A stretch of 64,000 bases of DNA, taken from assembly GCA_951406725.2 (NCBI GenBank), contig OX597824.1, positions 95,666,001-95,730,000 of the forward strand, read 5' to 3'. A model generated the notes under the pieces. It saw only the letters and a program-made list of their open reading frames with translations, did no database searches and was not told the origin of the DNA. A program made the translations under genes and the position numbers. This document shows positions 40,101 through 51,440 of this stretch, in pieces (the stretch's first letter is position 1; every line of letters starts with the position of its first letter). The DNA is from Octopus vulgaris (lineage: Eukaryota).

Positions 40101-43100
40101 ACAAATGCTTTGAACTTATCCAATTTCAATTCAAGCATTTCTTTATTTCTTAATACTGATTGACATGGAACAAAGATTAACCAACTTTTAAAGATGTTTA
40201 ATTAAACTATAGTAATCCAGAAACATTTAGCATTTCTTTCAGTCATTTATGTCTTTGCTAAATATTTTTGAAATAAAGTGCAAAATATAATCCAGAACTT
40301 TCAAGATACCAAATTTGATGGCATAAAAGATGCTCAGACATATCAGGTGCACCCAAATTTCAGGAGCACACATGTTCAGGAAAAATAACTTGTTAATGCA
40401 TTAAAGCATGTAATAATATAGGCCCAACTTCACAAAGGATTCAGGTAATTTTTTTAAGGCTTTTTGTCTTAATGCAGAGTGCATTTTATATGCCATGAAA
40501 TAAAGTACTTTCATATGCTCACATATTTTCCTATTTTCATTTAAAAAGAAAAAAATTGACAGTAATACCTGGCCGTGTTTTCTTATAGTTCAACAGATCA
40601 TTACTAAAAAATATCTGACAAGATAATAAAATTAACAGAAACAGCCTTGTTTTAAACTATTTCACTCTGTTCTCAATCAAAAGTAAATCTAAGGAACTCC
40701 TTTATAAATTACCAAAATTTTACAAAATAGAATTTGTTACACTGTGGATAACCAAACATACAAGCTTTAGTATAACTGTAATACCAAAGTCTCAGACAGA
40801 AAAGCATTTCCATAAAATTCACAAAATTTTAAAGGCACCATAATAGTTAAACTATTTTAAACATAAAAAGCACAAATATATTATTTCTTTCTATGGTAAT
40901 AATTCTTGCACACTCCACACTCGCAACATTTTCATACAGAGTAAAATTAATGTAGATGATTCAAAGTCAAGGTAAAAATGTTCTGGATTGCATTGGCACA
41001 TTAGGGACATCTGATGACCAATCAAACCAATTCATTCAATACTTTATCTATTTACACTAAATACACAAGGAATCCAGTATATTTACATCAACCATTGAAA
41101 CTACACAGACTGCTCAATATTTCTTGTATAGATTAAAGAACATCCTAATCTACAATGTAATGTGATGCAGCAAGACTGGGATTAGAAACTAAGAAACAAG
41201 GAACCAAATTCAGACCATAGTCCAGCCATTTACATCGACTGCATACTTACAAATGCACAATATATAAAGTGAGAATTTTCATTATTAAAAGACTGTGGAT
41301 CAAAAAATAATTATTAGAAGCACATTTTAAGATATTCCTTTTTTTTTTTTCTCATAATACCCTTTAGTTGTCCATCATTTTATGTAGAATACAACATATA
41401 CTTCAAATCATACCTCTCGCAATATTTACTCGGTTGTGACCAACCCTAATCTCTCCAGAAACAAAAAAAGAAGAAAAAGCCAAGCTACACAAGATTTAAA
41501 AAAGAAACTAGTGGTCAGAAAGGAGATTATGGCAGAAAGAGACAAGATGCAAGTGCCAAAATATACTATGATCAATCTATTTACGAAAAAAAATTAATCA
41601 CTTTTTCAGTGTAATTACATTAATCTGTGTAATCAATATTGAAGACCAGTACAATACTATCTCATCAATCATCATCATCATCGTAAGTGCTAAAACAGTT
41701 ACTGTTCATGATGAGAGGAAGCAGAGGAAGCAGAGCACAGAATACAAAGTGTTTTGTTGCAAGACAAGAGGAGCAATTTAGTTTTTGATCCAAACGAGTT
41801 TTGCCTGTGTAAAATAAGTGACGAAGGTGTGTTGTGGAATTATGGTAACAGCAATGGAATGGACTGAGTGTGATGTGTTGGTCATGCAAGATATGAAGGA
41901 CAAAGTGGAAATTAACTGAAGAAAAATAAAGCTAGGCATCATAAGGATGCATATGTAGTGAATATACAATGTCTATACATAAATATGAGAAAGAATAAAT
42001 GGCAGTAGAGACAGGAGTAGATAAAAAACAAAAAAACCCAAGGTCAAATATATCAGGCTTTAAAATCAGATGAAATGGTAAGGAATATTCAGAGACCTGA
42101 AAATGTCTTCTTGTATGTATCTACACCCGTGACAAATGAAAATTTTAATTTTTTTCTCAATGAACAAAAGCTGGATAGTTCTGCAAATTTAGATCTTTAC
42201 TTAGATTGCCAGAGGAGACCAATTAGCATGATACTGATTTCCAAGTAGAATTATTTGGCTGGAGGTATAAGATAATGGTCAGAAGTCCAATCGTTCAAAC
42301 CAGTTCTAATCTATGAAGTCTCTGACACTAGAAAATCCATAAAGAAAAGCAATCACAATATGTGAAACCCACAAGGTCCGAGGTTTTAAATTTGGTTACC
42401 TTCTTTTATTATAAAATCTTTCTCCCCGAAATACATTTATTCATTTTATTAATTCTTTTCTTTAAGCTTTAAAATATAATCAAATTCCTCAACATAGGTT
42501 AACATGTACATCAAAATATTTATTCTTCAGCATTTCAATCTTTGCTAATAGCTCTGTCAAAACAATATTTCTCTGAAATATAATCCGATGCTCCAAAAAT
42601 AATTTTTAACTGTCTCTGTCTATAGCATAAAAATGACTGAAGCTCATGTCAGAGCCAACCATTGTAAATAAGTCAAATGAAATTGAAGCAGTTTTACTTA
42701 CCAGGCGCTCACCAGATAGGACTTCTAGCAATTTTATCAACATCTTCCCATCTCGTAAATCCAAATACAAGTCACTTATGCGACAGCCAACCCGGGCAAG
42801 GTGTGAATTAACCCATTTTGTAAAGGTCTTTTTTTGCACTGCCTCTCTCTCATCTAAAAAAGGGAAATAAATTTTGCACCATTAATATAATTTTTAACAA
42901 GCATGGTTCTGCAGTTATCCTTCATATTTTTATTTTCGACCAAATTATTTTTACTAAGTAACAACACATGGACAACATAAAGAAATGATAAAGACAGGTA
43001 GAGACCACCTGAGCACTGTATACAATAATTTCATTATTATTATAATAAAAAGGATGATCAAGTCTAATGAAACCTAAGATTACTGTTACTATGGTGGTAC

Positions 43101-44398
43101 ACTTTTAATTAGCAGGTAAAAACAGCTAAACTTCAACATCACAAATATAGGGAACGTTAGTGGGGGAGGGGGAGATTAAAATTATTGCTAGCAACATCAT
43201 CATCATCATTTAATGTCCGCTTTCCATGCTAGCATGGGTAGGACGATTTTGACTGAGGGCTGGCAAACCAGATGGCTGCACCAGGCTCCAATCTTGATCT
43301 GGCAGAGTTTCTACAGCTGGATGCCCTTCCTAATGCCAACCACTCCGAGAGTTTAGTGGGTGCTATCCCAAAATATTCAGGAACGAACTTCATTACTCCA
43401 GTAGCAATTCCCAATAGTATTTCACTAAGTTTATGTCACACCAGTGACCATGTGAAAAATCCTGATTCAACATCTGATTTCCATACTAGTACAGGGTTGG
43501 TGGTTCAGTAAGATCTGGCAAGCTACAGGGCTGTGTCAAGCTTCAGTGTTAGCTTTGGTAGGATTTCTACAACTGGATGCCCTTCCATACATAGACCAAC
43601 CAATTTACTATGTGTACTGGGTACTTTGCACTAATTGAGGTCACCAAGAAACTAACAAGCTTCTTGGCAACCTCACTAGTACAGTGGCATGGAAAAGGAA
43701 AAAAAAAAGAAAAATCAATTTTTCATGTTTGATAAATAATCAATCCACCACACATTCCTACCGTTGAAAAATGATGTTCAATGCATTGGCTCTTATTAAG
43801 AAACTCAAGACTACATAGCCTAGATGGGAGGTAACTGGGGTAAGATTTTACATTGGGATGCTCTTCCTGTCATTAACACTTAACCCCTTTTCAAGCAAGA
43901 GATATCTTTTACTCCTCACAAATTCATAAGACCAGAACTAGTGCAGGACTTTCGACAAGAAATGCCAACAAATGTCACTGGTTGTAGAAAAGTAAGACTC
44001 AGCGCAGTTGAGACGTAAGTGATGACTTCACCATTTGACATGTATATAAATACACACTTCCACACCCACATACACTGTGTGTGTGTGTGTGTGTATAATA
44101 ATCGCAGTCATGGCAGGTACTGGTGTCATGCAAACTGACACCCAAGTCGGTGGCACTTAAATGCACCCCAGTGTCACACAAAAGGCACCCATGCTGGTGG
44201 CACGTATAAGCACCCATTACATTCTTGGAGTGGTTGGCATTAGGAATGGCATCCAGTTGTATAAAACTATGCCAAATCCGACTGGAATCTCATGCAGCCT
44301 TCCGGCTTACCAACCCAGTCAAACCGTCCAACCCATGCCAGCATGGACAACAGACATTAAATGATGATGATGATATATAAATACATACGCGCGCGTGT

Positions 44399-44439
<41 letters not shown>

Positions 44440-47400
44440 CTGGCAGACACGTTAGCGTGCTGGGCGAAATGCCTAGCGGTATTTCGTCTGCCGTTACATT
44501 CTGAGTTCAAATTCTGCCGAGGTCATTAAATAAAGTACCAGTTTCGCACTGGGGTCGATGTAATCAACTTAATCCGTTTGCCTGTCTTTTTTTGTCCCCT
44601 CTATGTTTAGCCTGTTGTGGGCAATAAATAAATATATATATAATTAAATAGACATACACAAACATGCATGTATATTAAATATATGTCATTTCTGTGCTTG
44701 ACTGAACTCCAAACAATAACACCCACTCTAAACTAATAAAATCTTCCAACAATAACTTTCTACCTGTACCCTACAAACATACTTTCCCTCCTGGCCTCTG
44801 CATTCCCCCCTTCCTACCCATCTACTTCCCAGACCTAGTTATTCTTTCACACAGCGCCACCTACTCCAGAAAAACAACTTGTCAAACACAAAAGGAACCC
44901 TAGTGTAAGTCTGACAAAGACTGGCAGGCCAAAACTGAAGTCTCACTCACTCCTCTACTCAATACAAGTTTCAGGTTTATGAAACTCGTGTGAGTAGAGG
45001 GGTGAGTGAGACTTCTGGTGATTTGCAGTACTTTAAGTGAAATCGTGGCCAGTGCTGGTGACATGTAAAAGACATCACCGGTACCTTGGTGATGATGAGG
45101 ATGATGATGGAACACCACTAAAAAATGAGTAATTCTTTGGTTCATTGTTTAAATTATTCTTATATATACTTTAGCATTAATGCACACACATGTCCCTACA
45201 AACATGTAGATGTATATCCACCAGCATGTATACATATGCATGTATTCTTTTACATGTTTTAGCCCCCAAGGCTGTGGCTATCATCATCATCATCATCGTT
45301 TAATGACCGTTTTCCATGCTAGCATGGGTTGGACGATTTTGACTGAAGGCTGGCGAACCAATTGGCTGCACCAGGCTCCAATCTTGATCTGGCAGAGTTT
45401 CTACAGCCGGAGGCCCTTCCTAACGCCTACCACTCCGAGAGTGTATGTGGGAGCATAACTGTGTATGTATGTATGTATGTATGTATGTGTGTGTGTGTGT
45501 ATATACATACATACACACACACAAACAAATATATGCACATAAGTATATACATTTATAGGTATATGTAAATGTTTCTATATGTGTATGTAAATACACAAAT
45601 ACACACTCATAGAAGTATATACATGCACACACACACTTCTTTTGGTGATAACACAATGCAATCACTGATGTAGAGTTTGGCTCACCTGCAGGACATGTAA
45701 ACATTTCCTTACAGGTATCGCATGTGATACGTACATGCATGTAAGCCTTTTCTTGCCCATCCTGATGCATCTTTCCTGTACATCTCTGAACATCCTTATG
45801 ACCAAAAATGCAACTACTAAATTGGGCAGCAAGTAGCCATGTCTCATCACATCTGATGGGTTGAAGTCGTTTGTCTCCAAAGTAGTCTTTGAACCATGTC
45901 TCTTGTCCTCCAGACAAGAGTTGACCATATTAAACATATTTGGCTATAAAGGATCCAAGAGTCATACGTCTGAATTTATTTTCGAGCTAGTGCCGGTTTT
46001 GTGTAGATTTTTAGGCTGCTGGTGTTCTTTAAAACACTTCCTGGGTCTTAATGTCATCAGTAAATACTCAATATCTCTTATCCGTCTTACCCAGGGGAAC
46101 GACCTTGATACAGATGCTGGGATTAAACTATCAAATGTAAAGTCATTAGCAATGATGCTGCTACCTGGGAATATGATTTTGGTAAGTTACTTGGCAACCT
46201 CACTTGTGGCAGTATCACAAAAAAAAAAAAATAAATAAAAATCAATCCAGTAGACAGTATAAAGTGCTTGGTGTTAGGAATGTCATCCAGGTGTAGAAAC
46301 CATACCAAAGCTGACACTGGAGTCTGATGCCACCTCGGAGCTTGCCAGATCCTGTAAAACTGACTGACCCATGTCAAAATGGAAAATGGATGGTAATGAT
46401 GATGACACTTGGTTGATATGCTGAGAGGAGGGAGCCGTATGAACTATCCAAGTAAAAGCACCAATATATTGTAGATCTTGGCTGTTCAGCTCTGAGCTTG
46501 GTTTTTTATAGCCTTCTGGTGTTAAACAAGGTCCCTGTTGAATTATTACTGAATTGTGACGGTTGGCCTACTTTTCCATCGGGTGAAGACAATAAAAAAA
46601 TACAGGAGCCAGTATACAACCTTGCCAAACTACAGTTTTCACACAGAAGACTTCATCCTCAAAAAAAGATTCAAGCCATCATCACTGTGTAGAATGATTG
46701 AACATGTGACCAAATTTTGAACAAATGAACAGGCAAGGATGCAGAACCCTGCATTTCTTCTGAAACTGGTTTGCAATTAAGATTCCTCTCTCCCCATGGA
46801 AGCAGCTTTCTGACCTTGAGGTGATGCTTGATATTGATTTGGAGCAGTCTTTTGAGTTTGGCCATGACCAGAACCTCATGAGCAATAGACAAGAGTGCCG
46901 TAGTACATCCACTGGATTTGTTTCCCTTGTGTTTGTATATGACGATGATGATGTCTGCATCCTTCCAATGTTTAAAGCATATACACTCCTGCTACCACAC
47001 CTTCATTATGTAGCAAGGTAGTACTCCAATGTAGTAGAACTTCCTTCAAGGTGTCTGCTAGAATGCAATATGGTCCAGATTTCCTGATTGTTAGTGTCCT
47101 TAAGGCTACATTCTCTCTCTCTCTCGGAGAGGCACAAGCACCTACACACACGGCAGTAACTTCCGCCTGCCAAATTCAATCACAAAGCTTCGGTCGGCTT
47201 GAGGCTATAGCAGAAGACACTTGCCCAAAGTGCCACACGGTGGGACTGAACCCGAAACCATGTAGCTAGGAAGCAAGCTCCCTAACCACACAGCCATTAA
47301 CTTCTATATATTTTTCAGACATAAACACACACAGAAGAAATTGAAAACAGACACTTCTGTGGGAAGGAGATAACTGTAAAAAAAAATCTACCCATAGAAA

Positions 47401-47943
47401 ACATTTTTTATTTTTTTGCATAATTGCTTGTTTAACATGTTTATTACAATATAAAAATGTATTTTCTTAAAATATATCATTTTGTGCACATCCTCACAGG
47501 CTATACTGATACCTAATAACAGGAAAAGTTTACATAGGGACCTTTTGCCTAAATATAATAGACTGACAAAACTTACTTTTTTTTTAATTTGTCTGTCACA
47601 TGACGTAATTTAATGAATCATTCCAGAGAGAATTTGTAATAAGCAAGAACTGGAATTCATTCCATGTCATTAATACTAAAATAGCAATAAGGTGTAGACG
47701 ATCTAAATATGGATCTTGAGAGCATTAAAACCATATGTTGCAACCAAACACGCAACACACACAAACATACCTAATTAACAGAAAACTAAAAAATAAAAAC
47801 AACTTACCTGCTAGAGCTTTGATCCTCGATCGCTCAAACAGCTTGGAAGAATTACTTCCGCTATCGAAACCTTCTTCCACCAATTGGGGGGCCTGCCCAG
47901 GTTCCCAATGGACCCCCGTGTGGATCTGCGCTACCTCCGTCAT
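475..47943 (-). CDS. beta-Spec: Spectrin beta chain, 30 coding exons in window (CH1-CH2 plus spectrin repeats 1-13); 3' part lies beyond the window start
   Basis: Hallmark peptides [67 protein letters not shown] and [20 protein letters not shown], then 13 spectrin repeats. Exon lengths sum to 4997 nt and every junction phase is compatible. Confidence 0.98.
975..1313 (+). mobile_element. SINE/LINE-tail family A with (GAT)n tail
   Basis: Core agcacccactacac..gagtggttggcgttaggaagggcatccagctgtagaaa..ccaacccatgctagcatggaaagcggacgttaaacgatgatg, which recurs more than 12 times in the window. Confidence 0.88.
1422..1622 (-). CDS. beta-Spec: beta-spectrin exon 29 ([13 protein letters not shown]...DIAQQ)
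   Basis: 201 nt, repeat 12. Confidence 0.96.
2370..2530 (+). repeat. Old MITE-like repeat; second copy at about 25970-26131
   Basis: Shared gttaaatctt.gtaca.aatttt..cttcat.gttt.agcttt..ttttcag.taaaatc. Confidence 0.55.
2883..3069 (-). CDS. beta-Spec: beta-spectrin exon 28 (FMKIQAPL...LMKKTH)
   Basis: 187 nt. Confidence 0.96.
3216..3346 (-). CDS. beta-Spec: beta-spectrin exon 27 (QLESQMK...VAVAER)
   Basis: 131 nt, repeat 11. Confidence 0.94.
3462..3725 (-). CDS. beta-Spec: beta-spectrin exon 26 (AGEGLLKD...MQRQN)
   Basis: 264 nt. Confidence 0.96.
4190..4336 (-). CDS. beta-Spec: beta-spectrin exon 25 (LRDWLQDK...RHQAFESEI...KLRE)
   Basis: 147 nt, repeat 10. Confidence 0.95.
4433..4523 (-). 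CDS. beta-Spec: beta-spectrin exon 24 (RNANRQRA...QDCEE)
   Basis: 91 nt. Confidence 0.94.
4769..4925 (-). mobile_element. Family A copy
   Basis: Reverse complement of the family A core. Confidence 0.85.
5218..5448 (-). mobile_element. tRNA-derived SINE family C (young, CpG intact)
   Basis: Head ggcggcgagctggcagaatcgttagcacg..gagttcaaattc, core gcctttcatcctttcggggtcga. Related copies at 30835-31048 (-), 44438-44632 (+) and 52010-52200 (-). Confidence 0.85.
5641..5813 (-). CDS. beta-Spec: beta-spectrin exon 23 ([16 protein letters not shown]...NINER)
   Basis: 173 nt, repeat 9 helices B-C. Confidence 0.95.
10286..10309 (-). CDS. Candidate 24-nt microexon SAIGLDKQ
   Basis: tcttttgttacacAG|AGTGCCATTGGACTTGACAAGCAG|GTAACT; phase 0-0, no stop. 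Confidence 0.55.
12559..12636 (-). CDS. beta-Spec: beta-spectrin exon 22 ([26 protein letters not shown]), repeat 9 helix A
   Basis: 78 nt, TAG/GTAAGT; fills the expected gap in repeat 9. Confidence 0.95.
12742..12783 (-). CDS. Candidate alternative first coding exon [14 protein letters not shown], spliced in frame to exon 22
   Basis: ATG plus 13 codons ending AAG|GTATTT, phase 0, followed by a 105-nt intron to exon 22. Confidence 0.45.
14467..14556 (-). CDS. beta-Spec: beta-spectrin exon 21 (RLQALDGGW...SLNLQ)
   Basis: 90 nt. Confidence 0.95.
14899..15174 (-). CDS. beta-Spec: beta-spectrin exon 20 (LKDRDEKL...YMFLRQ)
   Basis: 276 nt, repeat 8. Confidence 0.96.
15427..15543 (-). CDS. beta-Spec: beta-spectrin exon 19 (VESLQVE...DLKEM)
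   Basis: 117 nt. Confidence 0.95.
15661..15789 (-). CDS. beta-Spec: beta-spectrin exon 18 (GWINEKVK...AAIQAK)
   Basis: 129 nt, repeat 7. Confidence 0.96.
16036..16335 (-). CDS. beta-Spec: beta-spectrin exon 17 (EKFLATI...ECNETI)
   Basis: 300 nt, phase 0-0. Confidence 0.96.
16906..17070 (-). CDS. beta-Spec: beta-spectrin exon 16 (DRESDDV...TWIDEK)
   Basis: 165 nt, repeats 5-6. Confidence 0.95.
17732..17809 (-). CDS. beta-Spec: beta-spectrin exon 15 (DVTDELKNY...NLGEQ)
   Basis: 78 nt, CAG/GTAAGT; absent from the ORF track. Confidence 0.94.
18171..18287 (-). CDS. beta-Spec: beta-spectrin exon 14 (FFADADD...LLKKHK)
   Basis: 117 nt, repeat 5. Confidence 0.95.
18845..19045 (-). CDS. beta-Spec: beta-spectrin exon 13 (ALEDEM...VDYYQ)
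   Basis: 201 nt; AAG acceptor; phase 0-0. Confidence 0.94.
19228..19475 (-). CDS. beta-Spec: beta-spectrin exon 12 (EYRPCKPE...LLNKHK)
   Basis: 248 nt, repeats 3-4. Confidence 0.95.
20798..20963 (-). CDS. beta-Spec: beta-spectrin exon 11 ([12 protein letters not shown]...VDVG)
   Basis: 166 nt, repeat 3. Confidence 0.94.
21780..21918 (-). CDS. beta-Spec: beta-spectrin exon 10 (KDNVLSLW...WMEEIK)
   Basis: 139 nt, GT-AG. Confidence 0.96.
22077..22334 (-). CDS. beta-Spec: beta-spectrin exon 9 (QEKLEQLA...RIAAR)
   Basis: 258 nt, repeat 2. Confidence 0.96.
23121..23303 (-). CDS. beta-Spec: beta-spectrin exon 8 (FVEKGNLE...REELIR)
   Basis: 183 nt, phase 2-2. Confidence 0.96.
24373..24560 (-). 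CDS. beta-Spec: beta-spectrin exon 7 (VIDNAI...VEKPPK)
   Basis: 188 nt, repeat 1. Confidence 0.96.
25528..25640 (-). CDS. beta-Spec: beta-spectrin exon 6 ([15 protein letters not shown]...KRIGR)
   Basis: 113 nt, CH2 end. Confidence 0.96.
27266..27381 (-). CDS. beta-Spec: beta-spectrin exon 5 (SDLIQYD...KLLDPE)
   Basis: 116 nt, CH2. Confidence 0.95.
27986..28155 (-). CDS. beta-Spec: beta-spectrin exon 4 (IQDII...AIIHKHR)
   Basis: 170 nt, CH2 start, hand translated. Confidence 0.96.
28301..28474 (-). CDS. beta-Spec: beta-spectrin exon 3 ([11 protein letters not shown]...IILRFQ)
   Basis: 174 nt, phase 0-0, CH1. Confidence 0.97.
29445..29628 (+). mobile_element. Penelope-like element fragment
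   Basis: gaagagagtaggctcgaaacgt motif in a pyrimidine-rich terminal-repeat-like block; a related reversed fragment lies at 32966-33117. Confidence 0.45.
29645..30460 (-). mobile_element. Family A copy with internal 62-nt tandem units and a duplicated block
   Basis: Family A core at 29645-29812, then units ggatggtgtttttatgtgccaccgacacaggtgccaga... Confidence 0.88.
30835..31048 (-). mobile_element. SINE family C copy
   Basis: Matches 5218-5448. Confidence 0.8.
34050..34370 (+). mobile_element. Another tRNA-headed SINE (related fragment at 21075-21300)
   Basis: ggctgagtggtaagg..gagtttgattc head followed by ccttgagcaagacactttatttc. Confidence 0.6.
38000..38540 (-). mobile_element. Interspersed retroelement 3' fragment with (TAA)n tail
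   Basis: GC-richer block ending in an attatt tail; resembles an octopus repeat from memory, family not assigned. Confidence 0.5.
38960..39336 (+). mobile_element. Decayed 3' end of an RTE/BovB-like LINE
   Basis: [25 protein letters not shown] resembles the RTE C-terminal motif; ends in (TGA)n. Confidence 0.65.
42702..42853 (-). CDS. beta-Spec: beta-spectrin exon 2 (CH1: [14 protein letters not shown]...LSGERL)
   Basis: AG/GTAAG boundaries, 152 nt, CH1 motif. Confidence 0.97.
43195..43362 (-). mobile_element. Family A copy
   Basis: Core match with (CAT)n. Confidence 0.85.
44110..44372 (+). mobile_element. Family A copy
   Basis: Core match with (GAT)n tail. Confidence 0.8.
44438..44632 (+). 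mobile_element. SINE family C copy
   Basis: Reverse-orientation match to 5218-5448, with (AAAT)n tail. Confidence 0.8.
45280..45445 (-). mobile_element. Family A copy
   Basis: Core match. Confidence 0.85.
45660..47000 (-). mobile_element. Decayed RTE-clade LINE (RT N-terminus to C-terminus), interrupted by a family A copy at about 46250-46405
   Basis: Frameshifted translations [41 protein letters not shown] and [14 protein letters not shown] resemble RTE ORF motifs. Confidence 0.7.
47808..47943 (-). CDS. beta-Spec: beta-spectrin coding exon 1 (MTEVAQ...RIKALA); exon starts at 47958
   Basis: Polypyrimidine-AG acceptor at 47959-47960. In-frame TGA TAA just upstream of the ATG. Donor G|GTAAG, phase 1. 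Confidence 0.93.
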
Positions 47944-49889
47944 GACACTTTATCAACTCTAAAAGAAGAGAGAGAGAAAGAAGAAAATCTTAAAAATTGC
48001 AATCTAAAATCAAAATCAATAAGATTAGGCATAGATCAAAAGGTAAAATCACTTGAAAGCATGACAAAAACACAAAGGTAAATTCCACCCCTGAGATTGT
48101 CCGTCTTTATGATAAAACAAAAGGTTAATAAGATAGGTTACAACCTATTATTTTGACATATCACTAGTTTAAATAGTGGAGAACACAAACCTACCACTAT
48201 TATCTACAGTTTTAAATAAGGTATTTGGTAATAATCCAGTTGAAAATATACTTAAAAATGCATAAAAGGACAGCTACCTAAGATTCACATAAAACGCCAG
48301 GTAAAAACAATTTAGATGAAAAGGTATGGATTAAACAGAAATCACAGACGTAGCTCCTTCAGCCTCATACGGAACTCCTAAAAATAAGGAACACATTTTC
48401 CAATCGCCTTATGTCTAAAATCAAATGAAATTCCCCCCCCACTATATAATTGTTCAGAAATGTATCATCTGAAATGGTATGTGTTAGAATTTGCATCTTC
48501 TAAAGATGCTGCCTTCTATTTCCAGAATCAAGAAGTACATTGACTGGCCTTCGATTCATCTCCAAAGCTTGCTTTTTTTAAGCAAAAAATGAGGTAACAA
48601 AAAATAGGTTTTATGTGTTTACCTCTATTTAGTAAGGTGCTTCATGTGATTACAAACAGTTTGTATTTGAAATATGAATATTCTGACGAACAATGATCAG
48701 ATTACAAAACCAATTCCACAAAGAAGAGAGACATTTTAGAAATCAAAATTAATGAATTTCATTTGCAATCTTTCTATTTTCAATTATTTCACTTTTTAAA
48801 AAATTTATTTATTAATGTAATTCAACAGGTACAGACATGGATGGTTGTGGTTCAGAAGTTCACTTTGCAACCACAGGGTTCCAGGTTCTGTCTTAGTGTG
48901 TGGCACCTTGGGCAAGTGTCTTTTACTATAGTTCCAGGTCAACCATTACCTTGTGAGTGAATTTGATTGACAGAACAGACAGAAACTGTATGGAAGCCTG
49001 TCAATTATACATACAGGTATGTGTGTATCTTTGTATTTGTTTACTCATCTCCTTGTAACGTAGCATTAGCTAAAGAGAATAGGTACCAAAATTTAATAAG
49101 ACAAAAAACAGTAAATAAGTACTGGGGTTGATCTGTCTGACTAAAACCCTTCAAGGCAGGGTCCTAGTATGGGTGCTGCCCAATGCCAGACCAAGATAAA
49201 CCAACTGTTGTGAGCAATTATATCAAGTTTCAACACATAAAACAAGTTTTCATGCTGTTTCTAAGTAATATCAATCAGAAAACTTGCCTTAATCTGTTGC
49301 ATGCAAAGTGAGTTTCTGTCTAAACCATGAAGAGTTAAGCAGGAATTTGTTAATAATAGACTAACCTTATACATATGACAATCTTGAGTTAACCCTAAAC
49401 ACTGGCAGTGACACCACATGCCCAAACCAGTAGCTATTAAAACACTGATTAATGTTTGATGCCTGTTAACAGACTAGAAAGTTATATTTCATATCCTCTT
49501 GGCCCCAATCAGCCTAATCCCCCACCCTATTTACCCTATATAATCCATACACTTGATATTACAAAGCTTACTTTTTGCCCAGACAAACACGCTTTTTGTT
49601 TCCAAAAGAAGACATTCAGAGTCTGATGATAACAGCATTGATCATACAACCTAAATAACAGCATTTGCCTAGGACTGCTAGCAAGTTATTTGAGAAGTTC
49701 ACAACTATCCAGCCTAAGGCGGTTTATGGTTAATAATTGTTTCAGCACAGATTATTTGAAAATGTAATTTGCTATTAGGGTACTAGAACTCACACAAACA
49801 TGAGTGTGCCCACTTAATGCTGGTTACATAACGCTTGAGTTTCTGCCAACTCTTGTCTAAGTATATCACGGGGCTTGTAGGGTATTAAG

Positions 49890-50260
49890 AGCACCATCTG
49901 AGCGTGATCGTTGCCAGAGTGGCTATCTGGCCTCCATGCCGGTGGTACGTAAAAGACACCATTCGAGTGTGGTCGTTACCAGCGTCACCTTACTGGCACC
50001 TATGCCGGTGGCATGTGTAAAAAGATTTGAGCAAGGTCATTACCAGTACTGCCTGACTGACCCCGTGCTGGTGGCACGTAAAAGCACCCACTACACTCTT
50101 GGAGTGGTTGGCATTAGGAAGGGCATCCAGCTGTAGAAACTCTGCCAGATCAAGATTAAAACCTGGTTCAGCCATCTGGTTCGCCAGCCCTCAGTCAAAA
50201 TCGTCCAACCCATGCTAGCATGGAAAGCAGATGTTAAACGATGATGATGATGATGATGAT
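49890..50260 (+). mobile_element. Family A copy
   Basis: Core match with (GAT)n tail. Confidence 0.85.
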
Positions 50261-51440
50261 CACATAAGGATGTCTCTTCGATGCAGAGTTCCTGTTCCCT
50301 GGGCCTTTGCCAAATTAACCTTTTGTCTTGTACTGAATATATTAAGGTCCAAACTTAAGTACATAGTTATTTCTAATATGTACAGAACTTGACTGATTTA
50401 TCTGCTTTTGACACAGTTGTAACTAGTATTGTACTCACAAATAGTTTTTTTTTTTAAATTTGTCAGCGTTCCTATATTAGCATAAAACAGACGACTTCTT
50501 ATATTTGAATGAATTTCTAGAGCCATTAGCTGTTATCACTACTGTTTGTGTCCTGTCACCAACTATCTATCAGGAGTTAGAAAGATATCAGCTATACAGT
50601 AGCAAAGATCAAATTATTGTGGAGTTAGTCAGCTTTCAACCTTTATAGATAGCACACACACCAACATTTAACAGCTACCTAATGACTAAGTTCTTAAGTA
50701 GAACTGATTACAGAGACCCAGCAACTACTTTCTAATAGGTCAGGCTGAATCAAATAAGACACGCTTTCTAGTTTCTTTAACACCCCTTTCTTGTCTGACA
50801 TATCTTTTACAATGAAGTATGAACTGAAGAGAAAACTGTACACAAATCAATCTTAATTATTGATAAATATGTTTTGGAAAATTATGTGCATTAAATGTTA
50901 TATATTACAAGCTACATTGATCTAATAAAGCTGCTGCAATACAACAGATGTAGCCATAAGATAATTGGTGGCATTGATTGCAGTTAGATTTGTTGTGAAT
51001 AGTCAGTCACCAAGCCTATTTCGGTAGTGACCGTGTGTATGGCTTATTGAACGAAACCTTCCGTCTGGTTTATTTGATCCTGAAGAGACCTGAATTTGCA
51101 GCAATCAGACATTGAAATGCTCAGCTGCAAAATGTAGTCTTCGTATTCTATTCTCCTGAAGAAACTAATACTGGTGACTTTGAAAAAAGTTGTTATGGAT
51201 ACGGATATCTCTAGCATTGCAAAAAGAAAAATAAGTGATAACATTCTTAATAAAGCAAGGATTTTTTGAAAATATTCTGCTAATGAGAAGAATAGTCAAT
51301 CATTGGTATTAACGACAATTCTGGTCAAGAAAAGCTAGGCAGAGAGCTCAGAAATCTAAATAGATCAAAATGGCTTTCATTTCAAAGTGCGTTTGCAAAT
51401 AAATATAGCTTCAATGCAAAGAAAATATGCTGAACCAATT

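Noticed and set aside
43655-43676. let-7-like sequence starting UGAGGU
   Set aside because: It continues UUGCC, not AGUAG; the sequence is repeat derived
51044-51244. 66-aa ORF with a signal-peptide-like start
   Set aside because: No recognisable family or cleavage pattern; hydrophobicity is expected from the T-rich strand
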